IMG/VR virus record: IMGVR_UViG_3300036770_007703
Span: 1-64,000 of that record
Length of the DNA: 64,000 nucleotides
Strand: one strand, 5' to 3'
DNA from: a virus
This document shows, piece after piece, positions 1-10,383 of the stretch. The position numbers and the translations under genes are program-made. The notes under the pieces are model-generated. The model saw nothing but the letters and a program-made list of their open reading frames with translations, was not told the origin of the DNA and searched no databases. Every line of letters starts with the position of its first letter. The first letter of the stretch is position 1.

Positions 1-1188
1 GCCAACGGTGCGCCCTTTGTGTCGTCTTCTACAGGCAATATCACGTTTACTGATACCACGATGTCTCCTCCAGATGGGCAGGACATCTTCATCACTGCGG
101 CCAATTCAGAAGTAGAGATCACGGGCCTAGATTTCCGCGTGGAAGTCACGGATGATGTCAGAATCCAGGGCAACGACATCGTCAGCATCAGGAACACCAG
201 TAATAACGAGGCCATAACCATACGCACCGACTACAATGGTAATGACTACTCGTGGGAATTTGATGCCACAGGCAATCTCACCGCGCCTGGTAGCATCACT
301 GCATCGGGTGACATCACAGTGGCGGGCCACATCACCGGCACCTCAGCGGCTAGCACCTTGGTGCTTGCGGCCGAGCCCAACAGCAATACCGCCATACAAC
401 TCAACGACACTGTAGACAGCATCATCAGTACCGTTGCCAATCTTGAGGTCCGCACTGATGTGTCCAACACACCCCGGCTCTGGCGATTTGATACCAATGG
501 TGATTTGACTGTTCCAAATTACATCAATTTCAAAGATGGAACATTCATAGGTGATGAAGGCGGAGCCGGAACACCCGTGTTTAGAGTCGATTCGCCTCTG
601 GGTTTGGGAATAAATCTCACAACAGACAGTGATATAACTGGTAACAACTATACTTGGTCATTTGGCATTGATGGTGTTCTCACAGCACCAGGTAACATTT
701 CGGCCAACAACTTCATAGTTTCAGAATCCTTGATCGGGTCAGATGCCAGTCCGCAGCCAACGATATCAGGATTTAGCACTATATCGGCCACTGGCAACAT
801 CACTGGTGCTAACTTGATCACTACAGGCAACGTGGTGGGCAATGTCAGTGGTTATAGCATAGGTTACAGAGACATTCCACAGGTCTCATTCACTGGCAAC
901 GCCACCATGGCCACCACAGATGCCGGCAAGCATTTCTACTCAACAGAAAGCACCGACTATGTGCTGACCATAGCCAACAATGCCAGCCAGGGTTTTGCGA
1001 TGGGTGCTGCCATCAGCATCGTGAACCAGGGCACCGGCAACATCACCATAGCACAAGGTTCGGGTGTGACACTTTACTTGGCCGGTAACGCCACGTCGGG
1101 CAACAGGACTTTGAGCACATTTGGCATGGCCACCATAATGAAAGTGGCCACAGACACCTGGTTCATCAACGGTACCGGAGTATCTTAA
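1..1188 (+). CDS. Tail fibre/adhesin-like structural protein (5' partial)
   Basis: Frame is open from position 1. G/N/T/S-rich, with three copies of a W-x-F-x-x-x-G-x-L-T-x-P motif and a C-terminal 'ATIMKVATDTWFINGTG' end typical of phage fibre proteins. Confidence 0.7.
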   Translation, partial: ANGAPFVSSSTGNITFTDTTMSPPDGQDIFITAANSEVEITGLDFRVEVTDDVRIQGNDIVSIRNTSNNEAITIRTDYNGNDYSWEFDATGNLTAPGSITASGDITVAGHITGTSAASTLVLAAEPNSNTAIQLNDTVDSIISTVANLEVRTDVSNTPRLWRFDTNGDLTVPNYINFKDGTFIGDEGGAGTPVFRVDSPLGLGINLTTDSDITGNNYTWSFGIDGVLTAPGNISANNFIVSESLIGSDASPQPTISGFSTISATGNITGANLITTGNVVGNVSGYSIGYRDIPQVSFTGNATMATTDAGKHFYSTESTDYVLTIANNASQGFAMGAAISIVNQGTGNITIAQGSGVTLYLAGNATSGNRTLSTFGMATIMKVATDTWFINGTGVS

Positions 1189-2568
1189 ATGACCGGAATC
1201 ATGATGAGCCTCATGAACAATGTGGTTCAAGGCATTCCCGATCCTGTGCTGTATCTAGACGCTGAGGATTATTCCGGATCAGGAACCACCTGGCAATCAT
1301 CAGTGGGCCCGGACGCTACCTTGGTCAATGCTCCAGTGTATGTGTCAGCGGCACCTACCTACTTTGATTTTGATGGCGTCAATCAGTATGCGGAGTTCTT
1401 GCACGACAGCGTGCTCAAACCCACAGCAGCCATCACCATGGAGCAGTGGATCTCAGCCGATGACTGGTCCGCGGGCGACAGCGTAAACTATCTAGCATCA
1501 TTGAGCTGCACCCAGGGCGGTGGCTATGCTCATTACATATGGTCAGGCACCTGGCGCAGTTATGTGCGTGTGGGAGCCAGTTACCAGATACCCACGGCCG
1601 ATGTCAGTGGGTTTGCTGATTATTCATACCATCACTTGGTGACCACTTTTGATGGAAGATATACCCGACTCTATGTGGATGGTGTGTTGACAGATACCGA
1701 AGATCTCGGCACCAGCGGCAATGTGATCGGTTATGATGCCGACAACAGCATCTTGATAGGTGCCGAAGCCACGGGCACCACGGGTGCAGCCGGACAGTAT
1801 TGGAGGGGCAAAGTGGGTCTCACACGCATCTGGAACCGGGCTCTCACAGACGCCCAGGTCACAGAGATCTACGCAGAAAACTCTGAGAGATTCGCCAACA
1901 TCGTCGCCACCAATCTCCAACTGTATCTCACAGCAGCTGATCCCAGCAGTTATCCTGGCACAGGCACCACCTGGACCGATCTCAGCGCCAATGGTTACAC
2001 AACTACCTTGTCGGGTGCTCCTGCGTTCAATTCAACTTATTTCACATTTGATGGTACCACGGAATACGTGGACACCAACCAAAGCCTGGGCGCAGAATCA
2101 TTCTCAGTGGGTGCTTGGTTCCGCACCACGGCCTCGGGCATCAACATGATCCTCAGCAAAGAGACCACAGCAGGCTGGCCTTGGAACTATCGCATATGGC
2201 TCAACAGCGGGCAGATCATCGGAGACATAGCACAGAGTGGGGGTACCAACAACGCCATTAACAGCAGTGGGCCTACCTACAATGATGGTAGTTGGCACCT
2301 GGTGATGTTTACCCGGAATGATTCAACCCTGACCTTGTATGTGGACGGAAGCCAGATCGCTTCACAGGGCGACACGCTGACCGGCACCATCGTCAACGCA
2401 CAGGAGCTCTGGATCGGGCGTAGTGCTTTCACAGCCGGCGGCACCAGGCCCACAGGCAGTTATCAATACACCGGCGACATCGGACAGATATTCATTTACG
2501 ACGCAGTTTTGACCCCCACTCAAGTCCTGCAAAACTACGACGCCACACGGGCCACATACGGTTTGTAG
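1189..2568 (+). CDS. Tandem LamG/concanavalin A-like lectin domain virion protein
   Basis: Two repeats of LYLxAxD..SY.G.GTTW...F.FDG...W/YHLV.T....LYVDG...IG...IW/YNRALT..QV...Y. Confidence 0.85.
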   Translation: MTGIMMSLMNNVVQGIPDPVLYLDAEDYSGSGTTWQSSVGPDATLVNAPVYVSAAPTYFDFDGVNQYAEFLHDSVLKPTAAITMEQWISADDWSAGDSVNYLASLSCTQGGGYAHYIWSGTWRSYVRVGASYQIPTADVSGFADYSYHHLVTTFDGRYTRLYVDGVLTDTEDLGTSGNVIGYDADNSILIGAEATGTTGAAGQYWRGKVGLTRIWNRALTDAQVTEIYAENSERFANIVATNLQLYLTAADPSSYPGTGTTWTDLSANGYTTTLSGAPAFNSTYFTFDGTTEYVDTNQSLGAESFSVGAWFRTTASGINMILSKETTAGWPWNYRIWLNSGQIIGDIAQSGGTNNAINSSGPTYNDGSWHLVMFTRNDSTLTLYVDGSQIASQGDTLTGTIVNAQELWIGRSAFTAGGTRPTGSYQYTGDIGQIFIYDAVLTPTQVLQNYDATRATYGL

Positions 2569-2608
2569 CCCGTGAAAACCTGCTAAATACTCCAAAGCGA
2601 GGATAAAC

Positions 2609-2911
2609 ATGGCCAAGGAATTAATCAACATTGGAAACAATCCCAATGATGGATCTGGAGATCCGTTGCGCACGGCATTCAGCAAGTGCAACAACAACTT
2701 CAACGAACTTTACAGCCGTTTGCAGAGCCAAGTACCTGCCAGTGCAGTGGGATCCGTGGGCGACTTTGCCGGCATGATCGCCGTGGGGTCAAACCCCTTG
2801 AATGAAGCCACGTACGGCAAGTTTTTTTACTGTTTTGCAGACTACGACGGCAGCACAGAAATATGGCGCATGCTTGCTGGAACCACTTTTGACGGATCTA
2901 CCATAGAATGA
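2609..2911 (+). CDS. Small baseplate/fibre-associated protein
   Basis: N-terminal INIGNNPNDGSGDPLRTAFSKCNNNFNELY resembles the N-terminal motif of T4 gp9/gp10-type proteins. TAAATA and RBS upstream. Confidence 0.7.
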   Translation: MAKELINIGNNPNDGSGDPLRTAFSKCNNNFNELYSRLQSQVPASAVGSVGDFAGMIAVGSNPLNEATYGKFFYCFADYDGSTEIWRMLAGTTFDGSTIE

Positions 2912-5900
2912 CACAACCGGTATGGGTCACCGATTCCGGCAGCCTTGGCACAGTGCCCGAAGGACGCTTTTATCGTGTGCCTGTGGTGGCCGAAGCCGGA
3001 AGTGCCCGGGTATTTTATCGCGTCATCGCCGGAAATCTACCCGTGGGCATGCAAGTCACGCCCGATGGATTAGTGGAAGGTATACCCAAAAATCTAGTGC
3101 TCATACGCGGAGAGCCCCAGGATCTTGGCACCGACATCACCAGCTCGTTCGTGATACGAGCCTACACTGTACGACTTCTCAACGGAATACAAACAGTAGA
3201 TCGACTCAGTGACCGCACGTTCGAACTCACTGTGACCAGTCAAGCAGTGCCAAATTTCACTACCCCGCCCGGTCTCTTGGGCACTTACTACGACAGTGAT
3301 GCGGTGTCCATACAGTTGGAATTTTCTGACAGCAATCTCGATGAAACCATCACTGTGCGTTATCTGTCAGGATCGTTGCCGCCCGGACTTGCCATCACAC
3401 GCACCGGTCTCATCACCGGAGTGATACTGCCCTATACTGCCACCAGCCAAGGCATCAATCTGCCCGTGGGCACCACACCAGGTTATGATACCACGCCCAA
3501 GGGCGACTATCCCTATGATTTCATCACCAGGGGAGCGAGCCGCAATTATCAATTCGCGGTAGAAGTCAGTGATGGCAAAGATTCCAATGTACGCACTTTT
3601 GAGATCTATGTGTACTCGCGTGATAACATGACCGCTGACACCATAGATTTCACTGCCGACAACACTTTCTTGACCGCAGATCTCGTGCCAAGTCGAGTTC
3701 CGGTGATCATCACACCCGAGGGTGACGTCGGACGGGTTCGCAGCGACAACTATTTTAGCTACCAATTCTTCGCCCAGGACTTTGACGGTGATGACATACA
3801 GTTCGTGGCCACCACTGGTGCTGGTCTGGGCTACGATGAAACCCTGTACGACGAAGAAGGGTTTGGTTTTGACCGAGGCGCTTTGGCTCTGCCACCGGGA
3901 CTGACGTTTGATGTCAACACTGGTTGGCTGTACGGTTACATTCCCGATCTAGGCGCCACCGAGCTCACATATCGATTCGCACTGCGAGTGCGCAAAAAAG
4001 ACAATCTTGCTCTCATCAGCGATTTCTACTATTTCACGCTTACGATCACCGGTGACACTGACACTGACATCAATTGGCTCACCGAATCCAATCTCGGATA
4101 CATCATCAACGGTGCCATTAGCACGCTCAAAGTCGAGGCCGAAAATGTGGGCGGTCGCAGCCTTCTTTATCGTTTTGTTTCGGGATCCAAAAGCCGTTTG
4201 CCACAAGGCCTGAGACTGCTGCCATCAGGAAACATCACCGGGCGTGTGAGTTTCAACACTTTTGCTCTGGACAATGGTACCACCACATTTGATCGCAGCA
4301 CAAGAAAAGTGTACGACTATGACGAGACCACTTTTGATTCGCAGTTCTCGTTCTCTGTGAATGCCTATTCTCCACAGACTGAAAAGCTGGGTTATCAAGT
4401 CGAGCGCATCATAATCACCGACGGCGGATCGGGATACACCGAACAACCGCAGATCATCATATCTCCGCCGCCACTGAGTAGCAGCGCGATCCGTGCCACA
4501 GCCGGATTGGCCACACTGGACAGCAATGGGCGTATCACTTCGATATCAGTGGGTAACCCAGGTCGCGGTTATCTGAGTCCTCCCACCATCACCATCAGCG
4601 GAGGAGGAGGAAGTGGGGCCACCGCCGAGGCCGTGATCTCGATCCTGGACTTGGTCAATGCTGTGAGTTCGGTGCGCAGGTTCACTGTGCGCATCAATCG
4701 CGTTTACAACGAGCCTTATGAAAGCATCTACATCAAGGCCATGCCCACCAACGCAGATCGCAATTTCATCACAGGGCTGTTGTACAATCAAACCTTGCTG
4801 CCGTACGATAGTATCTACCGTGCCGACGATCCCAACTTTGGTATCGCTCAGTCCGTGAAATACATACACGCCTATGGACTCACTGCTGCCACCCTGGACG
4901 ACTATGTGGCAGCCATGCAGATCAATCACTACTGGAAAAACATCACACTGGGTCCCATCCGTACAGCACAGGCACTGGATGTAAACGGCAATCCCGAATA
5001 TGAAGTGATCTACTGTGACGTCATTGACAACTTGGTGAACAATTTCGGAGTCAGCGTGGGCAAATCCGTGCGCTTGCCTTATCAAGTCGAGTTGCCAGAC
5101 AGCAGCTTGGTCAGCACAGTGTATCCCAACAGTCTCATCAACATGCGAGACCAAATCATTGACAACATCGGTCAAGAGCCCACCATACTCCCAAGATGGA
5201 TGACCAGCCGACAGAAAAACGGCGAAGTCTTGGGTTTCCGACCGGTATGGGTCATAGCCTATGTCAAACCCGGCGAAGCTGATCGACTGGCCTATCGCAT
5301 AGATCGCAGCATCGGAGATCAGCTCAACACCATCGATTTCAAGGTAGATCGCTACGAGCTTGACAAGAGCCAGAGCTGGCTGTGGAATCCTGTGCTGAAA
5401 CGCTGGGGCGATGCTCCACCGGCTGCCACCACCTTTGACAGTTATACTCGGTACCTTTACAACATACCCATACTGGACACCAATGGTGTGGTGGCATCTA
5501 CCGAGACTTTCGTGGCCAATGGTACACAAACAGTGTTTGGTTTCGTGCCTCTGGAAAACATCGGCGCCATTATAGTCACCATCAATGGTATCCAACAGCC
5601 CTATCTCAGTCCCACCACCGCTGAGATCGACACCGCATATCGCATAGTTTACACCCGTATTTTGCCGTATTATGCTATCACAGAATGGGACATCACCGAA
5701 TTTTATCAACCCAACACAGTGGTGGTGTATGAAAATCTCTACTACGTGAGCCGTTATGAGGTACCGCCTGGGGTCAATATCACCAGTGAATTCTACTGGC
5801 GCCAGATAGATCCGCCCAATCAAGTGGTGTTCCAGACCGCGCCCTTGAACACTGCGGTGGTGTCGATCTATCAGATCAAAGATCGTTACATACTCAATCC

Positions 5901-6033
5901 CAATTCACCAACTCGATCTTCCACCACGTTTGATGGTGGCAGCACCACGTTCGTCAACGTGTCAGATACGTGGACCGGTGGTGATGAGCGTGATAAATAT
6001 CTCGCGTTCCCCAAGATCAACATTTTAGGATAA
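2908..6033 (+). CDS. Large virion structural protein with Ig-like (He_PIG-type) repeats, probable baseplate component
   Basis: Repeated 'G.LP.GL.....G.I.G' Ig motifs, and 'ITDGGSGYT..P.I.I' / 'NPGRGYLSPPTITISGGGGSGATA' repeats typical of T4-like structural proteins. Confidence 0.75.
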   Translation: MTQPVWVTDSGSLGTVPEGRFYRVPVVAEAGSARVFYRVIAGNLPVGMQVTPDGLVEGIPKNLVLIRGEPQDLGTDITSSFVIRAYTVRLLNGIQTVDRLSDRTFELTVTSQAVPNFTTPPGLLGTYYDSDAVSIQLEFSDSNLDETITVRYLSGSLPPGLAITRTGLITGVILPYTATSQGINLPVGTTPGYDTTPKGDYPYDFITRGASRNYQFAVEVSDGKDSNVRTFEIYVYSRDNMTADTIDFTADNTFLTADLVPSRVPVIITPEGDVGRVRSDNYFSYQFFAQDFDGDDIQFVATTGAGLGYDETLYDEEGFGFDRGALALPPGLTFDVNTGWLYGYIPDLGATELTYRFALRVRKKDNLALISDFYYFTLTITGDTDTDINWLTESNLGYIINGAISTLKVEAENVGGRSLLYRFVSGSKSRLPQGLRLLPSGNITGRVSFNTFALDNGTTTFDRSTRKVYDYDETTFDSQFSFSVNAYSPQTEKLGYQVERIIITDGGSGYTEQPQIIISPPPLSSSAIRATAGLATLDSNGRITSISVGNPGRGYLSPPTITISGGGGSGATAEAVISILDLVNAVSSVRRFTVRINRVYNEPYESIYIKAMPTNADRNFITGLLYNQTLLPYDSIYRADDPNFGIAQSVKYIHAYGLTAATLDDYVAAMQINHYWKNITLGPIRTAQALDVNGNPEYEVIYCDVIDNLVNNFGVSVGKSVRLPYQVELPDSSLVSTVYPNSLINMRDQIIDNIGQEPTILPRWMTSRQKNGEVLGFRPVWVIAYVKPGEADRLAYRIDRSIGDQLNTIDFKVDRYELDKSQSWLWNPVLKRWGDAPPAATTFDSYTRYLYNIPILDTNGVVASTETFVANGTQTVFGFVPLENIGAIIVTINGIQQPYLSPTTAEIDTAYRIVYTRILPYYAITEWDITEFYQPNTVVVYENLYYVSRYEVPPGVNITSEFYWRQIDPPNQVVFQTAPLNTAVVSIYQIKDRYILNPNSPTRSSTTFDGGSTTFVNVSDTWTGGDERDKYLAFPKINILG

Positions 6034-6037
6034 CAAA

Positions 6038-6928
6038 ATGCCGTCAAATATCAACCCCAACAACATCAATGGTGCCTATCCAGTGGCCGGACAGGACAAC
6101 GACAGCCAGGGTTTTCGTGACAATTTCACGAATACCAAGACCAATTTCGCTTTTGCTTCGGCTGAGATCACTGATCTACAAGCCAAGGCTGTGCTGAAAT
6201 CTGCGCTCACCGGCACTGTTCTAGACAACAACATGAACAACAGCGTGCTCAGCAACGCACAGTTCATCAATTGCAGCGTGCCCAAGCGTGAGTTGGGCAC
6301 TGTCACTGCGGCCGAGCTCAACTTTGCCAGCTCGTCCTACTACACGTTCACCACGGGTGGATCAGTGACCATCAGCTTGGTGAATTTTCCGCCCTCGGGC
6401 CAGATGGGCAGCCTGCGATTCCAGGCCAACATCACCAACACCAACTACACCCTGATACTGCCCAGCGCAGTCAGCATCGGTGTCACCAATGTGCAAGGTT
6501 ACAGCAACAACGTGATCACCTTCAACAAGACCGGTGTCTACGAGTTTGAAATACTGACTTCGGATGCGGGCGGCAGTTTCAGTTTGTTCGATCTCAATCG
6601 CAACCGAGATCCTCTGTTCTTGCCCAGCAAAGAAAATCTCACATTTTCTTCCAACGTGGGCAATCCCAGCCTGCTGGTGACTGCCACTTATTTCACCACC
6701 ACTGGTACCTGCACTGGTACATTGGCCGTGGGCAGCGAAGGACAGCTCAAGACCATTATGGCACGAGATGTGACTTCGGGCACTTATACTCTCACAGTCA
6801 CTGATGCTGGGTGGCGTAGTTCGGGCAACGGTACCATAACATTTGATGCCGTGGGCGAGAGCGTGATGCTGCAATACATCGGTGCCAAGTGGTATGCCGT
6901 GGGCGTGAACGGTGCCACACTAGCCTAA
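6038..6928 (+). CDS. Virion structural protein
   Basis: 'YPVAGQDNDSQGFRDNF' N-terminus, beta-rich composition, TAAATA at 5994. Confidence 0.65.
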   Translation: MPSNINPNNINGAYPVAGQDNDSQGFRDNFTNTKTNFAFASAEITDLQAKAVLKSALTGTVLDNNMNNSVLSNAQFINCSVPKRELGTVTAAELNFASSSYYTFTTGGSVTISLVNFPPSGQMGSLRFQANITNTNYTLILPSAVSIGVTNVQGYSNNVITFNKTGVYEFEILTSDAGGSFSLFDLNRNRDPLFLPSKENLTFSSNVGNPSLLVTATYFTTTGTCTGTLAVGSEGQLKTIMARDVTSGTYTLTVTDAGWRSSGNGTITFDAVGESVMLQYIGAKWYAVGVNGATLA

Positions 6929-6938
6929 CCAAAAATCG

Positions 6939-6968
6939 TTGACAGAGTCGCCGGGGTCGTGTTAAACT
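6939..6968 (+). promoter_or_regulatory. Sigma70-like promoter (TTGACA-N18-TAAACT)
   Basis: Hexamers lie in the intergenic region before the 6986 ORF. Confidence 0.55.
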
Positions 6969-6985
6969 GATCCCGAGTCGACAAA

Positions 6986-7222
6986 ATGGAACATCCTTTA
7001 ATACACAATCTCGATGATCTCAGCCTGGAACAACTTCAGGAGCGCATCAACGACATCACCAAAAAACTGTCGTGGGCCACACGTCACAGTCCAGCTCTGG
7101 CCGGGCAACTCGGCATGGTTCTAGAAAGCTATCGAAACAAGTATCAAGAAAAACAGCAGAAGCTCTGGAACGATTCCAAAAACAAAGGGTCGGACTACTC
7201 AGATCGGATCGATGTATCATGA
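6986..7222 (+). CDS. Hypothetical coiled-coil protein
   Basis: 78 aa ORF; ATGA overlap with the next gene. Confidence 0.7.
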   Translation: MEHPLIHNLDDLSLEQLQERINDITKKLSWATRHSPALAGQLGMVLESYRNKYQEKQQKLWNDSKNKGSDYSDRIDVS

Positions 7223-7818
7223 ATGTACAAATGTCTAAATCCTGGGAATTTGATTGCGTCATCGTGAGCGACCTTTACGATGATCCGTTGATCAATCGCT
7301 ACAGCGTGAGTTTGGTGTTTACCACCAACTGCGATGACAGCACAGACTACAACACCGCCTATCGTAGGATAAAGTTTTGGATCACACAAATCATGCAGGA
7401 TTCCGTGATCATCAATCATGACCATGCCAAAATCTCGGTGTGGCAAAACACTGGTATGCGTGTGTTGACCATAATGGATGAACCAGTAGACCAACTGGTG
7501 GGCATGATGTTATTCTCTAAGCTACAAGCGATTTGCGAGGATCGAGTCATCATAAATTCTCTCATGATTTCCAGCAGCCTGGACGAAGACATTGGTTATC
7601 ACCACGACTCGGACAGTGATTTGTCGGTGTTTGAATCGTCGGGTTGGTGGAATGATGCTCGACCCACCTGGGAGCATCACAAATCTCATAAAACACGTGG
7701 CAACAAAGTGATCAGCATTGATCGAACGCAGGACTGGAAGAAACTGGATCTAGGTTGGAGCTCTGAACAGGGCAACGTGGTGCTCAAGGCCGATTTTGGA
7801 AAAGATGAAAACCAATAA
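7219..7818 (+). CDS. Hypothetical protein (possible degenerate T-fold)
   Basis: Start moved to ATG 7219, which overlaps the previous stop. Weak QueD-like pattern without the catalytic His/Cys. Confidence 0.6.
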   Translation: MNVQMSKSWEFDCVIVSDLYDDPLINRYSVSLVFTTNCDDSTDYNTAYRRIKFWITQIMQDSVIINHDHAKISVWQNTGMRVLTIMDEPVDQLVGMMLFSKLQAICEDRVIINSLMISSSLDEDIGYHHDSDSDLSVFESSGWWNDARPTWEHHKSHKTRGNKVISIDRTQDWKKLDLGWSSEQGNVVLKADFGKDENQ

Positions 7819-8323
7819 TCTCGGCGAGATCATCTACGACAGCAACGACGTCATTGACCTGGTCATGCGTGGAGTTGATGTCATGTCCTTGGAAAAACTC
7901 ACCGTGGACAGTGACATCAACGTCGATGAGTTGATGGCGCATTTCCAAGAAGCAGGAAAATTGTCAACATGGACACCAGCCAGCTCGGAACAAGACACAG
8001 GCATCTATGATCAGTGGCAGCAACAGCAATGGTTGATGCCCGAGGAATATCGCGATCTAGACATCGCACAACATGTGCTGTCTCTGTGCGAATCCCAAGC
8101 CGAGCTGCAACGCTGTGGACAAGAATTGTTGATGTTCCAAGAACGCGACATGTTTGATGTGTTGAAATATCTCAAGTACCTGGTCGACGTGATGCAAACA
8201 AATGGTGTGATCTGGGGTGTGGGCCGAGGCAGCTCGGTGGCCAGTTTTGTGCTCTATAAACTGGGAGTGCATCGCGTCAACAGCTTGTTCTATGATTTAG
8301 ATCCCAGCGAATTTCTGCGTTAA
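7805..8323 (+). CDS. DNA polymerase III alpha (DnaE) palm-region fragment
   Basis: WGVGRGSSVASFVLYKLGVHRVNSLFYDL..SEFLR matches the DnaE GRGS motif region. Only 172 aa. Confidence 0.8.
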   Translation: MKTNNLGEIIYDSNDVIDLVMRGVDVMSLEKLTVDSDINVDELMAHFQEAGKLSTWTPASSEQDTGIYDQWQQQQWLMPEEYRDLDIAQHVLSLCESQAELQRCGQELLMFQERDMFDVLKYLKYLVDVMQTNGVIWGVGRGSSVASFVLYKLGVHRVNSLFYDLDPSEFLR

Positions 8324-8351
8324 ATACCAATCTAAGCAAGGAGTTTCTAAT

Positions 8352-8849
8352 ATGTCTAGCACCTACCGTACCGCACAAGGCAAGATGGTGGATATCAATG
8401 CTCTGCGTCTCAAAAACGAAAGTGTGAGAGCCGTGGGCAACATGAATGTCAATGCCAAAGGCGACCTAATCGATTCTCGCAATCGAACCATCAGCACACG
8501 CAACAATCAGGTGGAAAATCAATATCGCAAACAAGTGGATCGTACTGGCAAGCCCGGAAATGTCAATCACAATCCTCCAGCCACCAGTCTGGCCGATCTC
8601 GAAGCCGAACAAAAATTGTCCGAAAAGCCCACGAGGAAAACCAAGACCAGTGCTGCCAAAGTCAAGGACGATGCAGCCAAACCAGTGTCTGAAAAACCCC
8701 AGGTACCCGAGACCAAGGTCGTAGACAAGCCGGCCGGCAGCAGTGGCGGTCTTTCGGCGGCCATAGCTCGTGCTCGCGAGATACGGCAAGAACCCATCGA
8801 CAACAAGGATGCGCTGGCGCAAAAACGTCCCGGCATCGTCAAGATCTAA
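8352..8849 (+). CDS. Hypothetical phage protein
   Basis: TAAATA at 8321 and AGGAG RBS; 'AVGNMNVNAKGD' motif. Confidence 0.7.
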   Translation: MSSTYRTAQGKMVDINALRLKNESVRAVGNMNVNAKGDLIDSRNRTISTRNNQVENQYRKQVDRTGKPGNVNHNPPATSLADLEAEQKLSEKPTRKTKTSAAKVKDDAAKPVSEKPQVPETKVVDKPAGSSGGLSAAIARAREIRQEPIDNKDALAQKRPGIVKI

Positions 8850-8858
8850 GGAGTTGAC

Positions 8859-9230
8859 ATGAGTATCAATCCAACTCGCATCAACAGTCTGCGAGCATTG
8901 CATGATCATGTGCTGGTCGAGGACATGGACTTTGGAGGCCGTCAACTGAGCTCGGGAATCATATTGCCCAGCGACAACGGCAAGAGTTCTGGCATACGTC
9001 CACGTTGGGGTCGTGTGTATGCAGTGGGGCCCGAACACCAGGATGTCACTGTGGGACAATGGATCTGCGTGGCACACGGTCGCTGGACTCGCGGCGTCAC
9101 CATCGAAGACAGCAGCGGGGTGAAAACCATCCGCAGGGTTGATCCCAATGACATCTTGCTGATCAGCGACGATCGGCCCAGCGATGATACCATGAGCGAT
9201 GCAGTGGTGGTGCCCGAACGCAGCCGTTGA
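8859..9230 (+). CDS. groES: Co-chaperonin GroES-like
   Basis: LRALHDHVLV...SSGIILP...GRVYAVGP...V.VGQ. Confidence 0.85.
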   Translation: MSINPTRINSLRALHDHVLVEDMDFGGRQLSSGIILPSDNGKSSGIRPRWGRVYAVGPEHQDVTVGQWICVAHGRWTRGVTIEDSSGVKTIRRVDPNDILLISDDRPSDDTMSDAVVVPERSR

Positions 9231-9457
9231 TGGGCTTCCACAAACCCAGCATAGAAGATGCTTATCAAGCGGTGCGTCGACTTTGTGGAGAAATCTCCAG
9301 TCCCTACAACGACGGTTACACCGCTTCCACTTGCAAACACGAACTCTATCTGCTAAAATGTTGGTTAGAAGACACTTATGCCAGTCTGCCCAATTTCACC
9401 AATGAAGCAGACTGGGAAAAACAACGATTGATGGATAAATTGCGAGACACAAAATGA
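9227..9457 (+). CDS. Hypothetical protein
   Basis: ORF translationally coupled on both sides. Confidence 0.6.
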   Translation: MMGFHKPSIEDAYQAVRRLCGEISSPYNDGYTASTCKHELYLLKCWLEDTYASLPNFTNEADWEKQRLMDKLRDTK

Positions 9458-10374
9458 AACAACTCTGGACCGAAAAGTATCGCCCAGCCAAGTTAGATGA
9501 CTATGTTTTCCGTGACCAAGCACAAAAAAATCAAGTGGCAGGTTGGGTGCAATCGGGCGCCATCCCGCACCTGTTGTTTAGTGGTGCGCCGGGCGTGGGC
9601 AAGACCACCTTGGCCAAGATCTTGATCAATGAATTGGGCATCGACGACTACGATGTGCTAGAGATCAACGCCAGCCGTGAAAACTCGGTGGATACCATCC
9701 GCGACAAGATCACGGGATTCGTACAAACCATGCCGTTTGGTGCGTTCAAGGTGGTGTTGCTGGACGAGGCCGATTATATCAGTCCCAATGGCCAGGCCGC
9801 ACTGCGTGGCGTGATGGAAATGTATCACGCCAGTGCTAGATTCATTCTCACATGCAACTACCCAAATCGAGTGATCCCTGCTCTACACAGTCGATGCCAG
9901 GGCTTCCACATCGAACGAGTGGATGTCACTGAATTCACTGCTCGTGTGGCCACTGTGCTGGTCACCGAGGGCGTGGAATTCGATCTCGATGTCTTGGACA
10001 CTTATGTCAAAGCCACTTATCCCGATCTGCGCAAGTGCCTCAACATGTGCCAGATGAATTCCACGTCGGGTCAGTTGTCCCGACCACACGGTGATGAAGG
10101 CGGCAGCCAGGACTGGAAATTGTCGGCCGTGGATCTCTTCAAGAAAGGGCGTGTCACAGATGCCCGGCGCTTGATATGCTCGAACGTGAGACCCGATGAG
10201 ATGGAAGATCTCTTCCGCTGGATGTACGACAATCTAGAACTCTGGAGCCAGGATGTTGACAAACAAGACGAAGCCATCGTGATAATCCGCAATGGATTGG
10301 TGAACGTGCCCATGGTGGCTGATCAGGAGATCAATGTGTCTGCCACACTGATCGAATTGTGTCGTCTTAGATAA
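9454..10374 (+). CDS. Clamp loader AAA+ subunit (RFC small subunit/gp44-like)
   Basis: WTEKYRP, Walker A GAPGVGKTT, EINAS, Walker B LLDEAD, SRC motif. Confidence 0.92.
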   Translation: MKQLWTEKYRPAKLDDYVFRDQAQKNQVAGWVQSGAIPHLLFSGAPGVGKTTLAKILINELGIDDYDVLEINASRENSVDTIRDKITGFVQTMPFGAFKVVLLDEADYISPNGQAALRGVMEMYHASARFILTCNYPNRVIPALHSRCQGFHIERVDVTEFTARVATVLVTEGVEFDLDVLDTYVKATYPDLRKCLNMCQMNSTSGQLSRPHGDEGGSQDWKLSAVDLFKKGRVTDARRLICSNVRPDEMEDLFRWMYDNLELWSQDVDKQDEAIVIIRNGLVNVPMVADQEINVSATLIELCRLR

Positions 10375-10383
10375 CCAAAGATT

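Noticed and set aside
4546-5823. 425-aa minus-strand ORF, and similar long antisense ORFs (25592-26581, 19122-19814, 55686-56384)
   Set aside because: They are antisense shadows of well-supported plus-strand genes, with no motifs, RBS or promoter.
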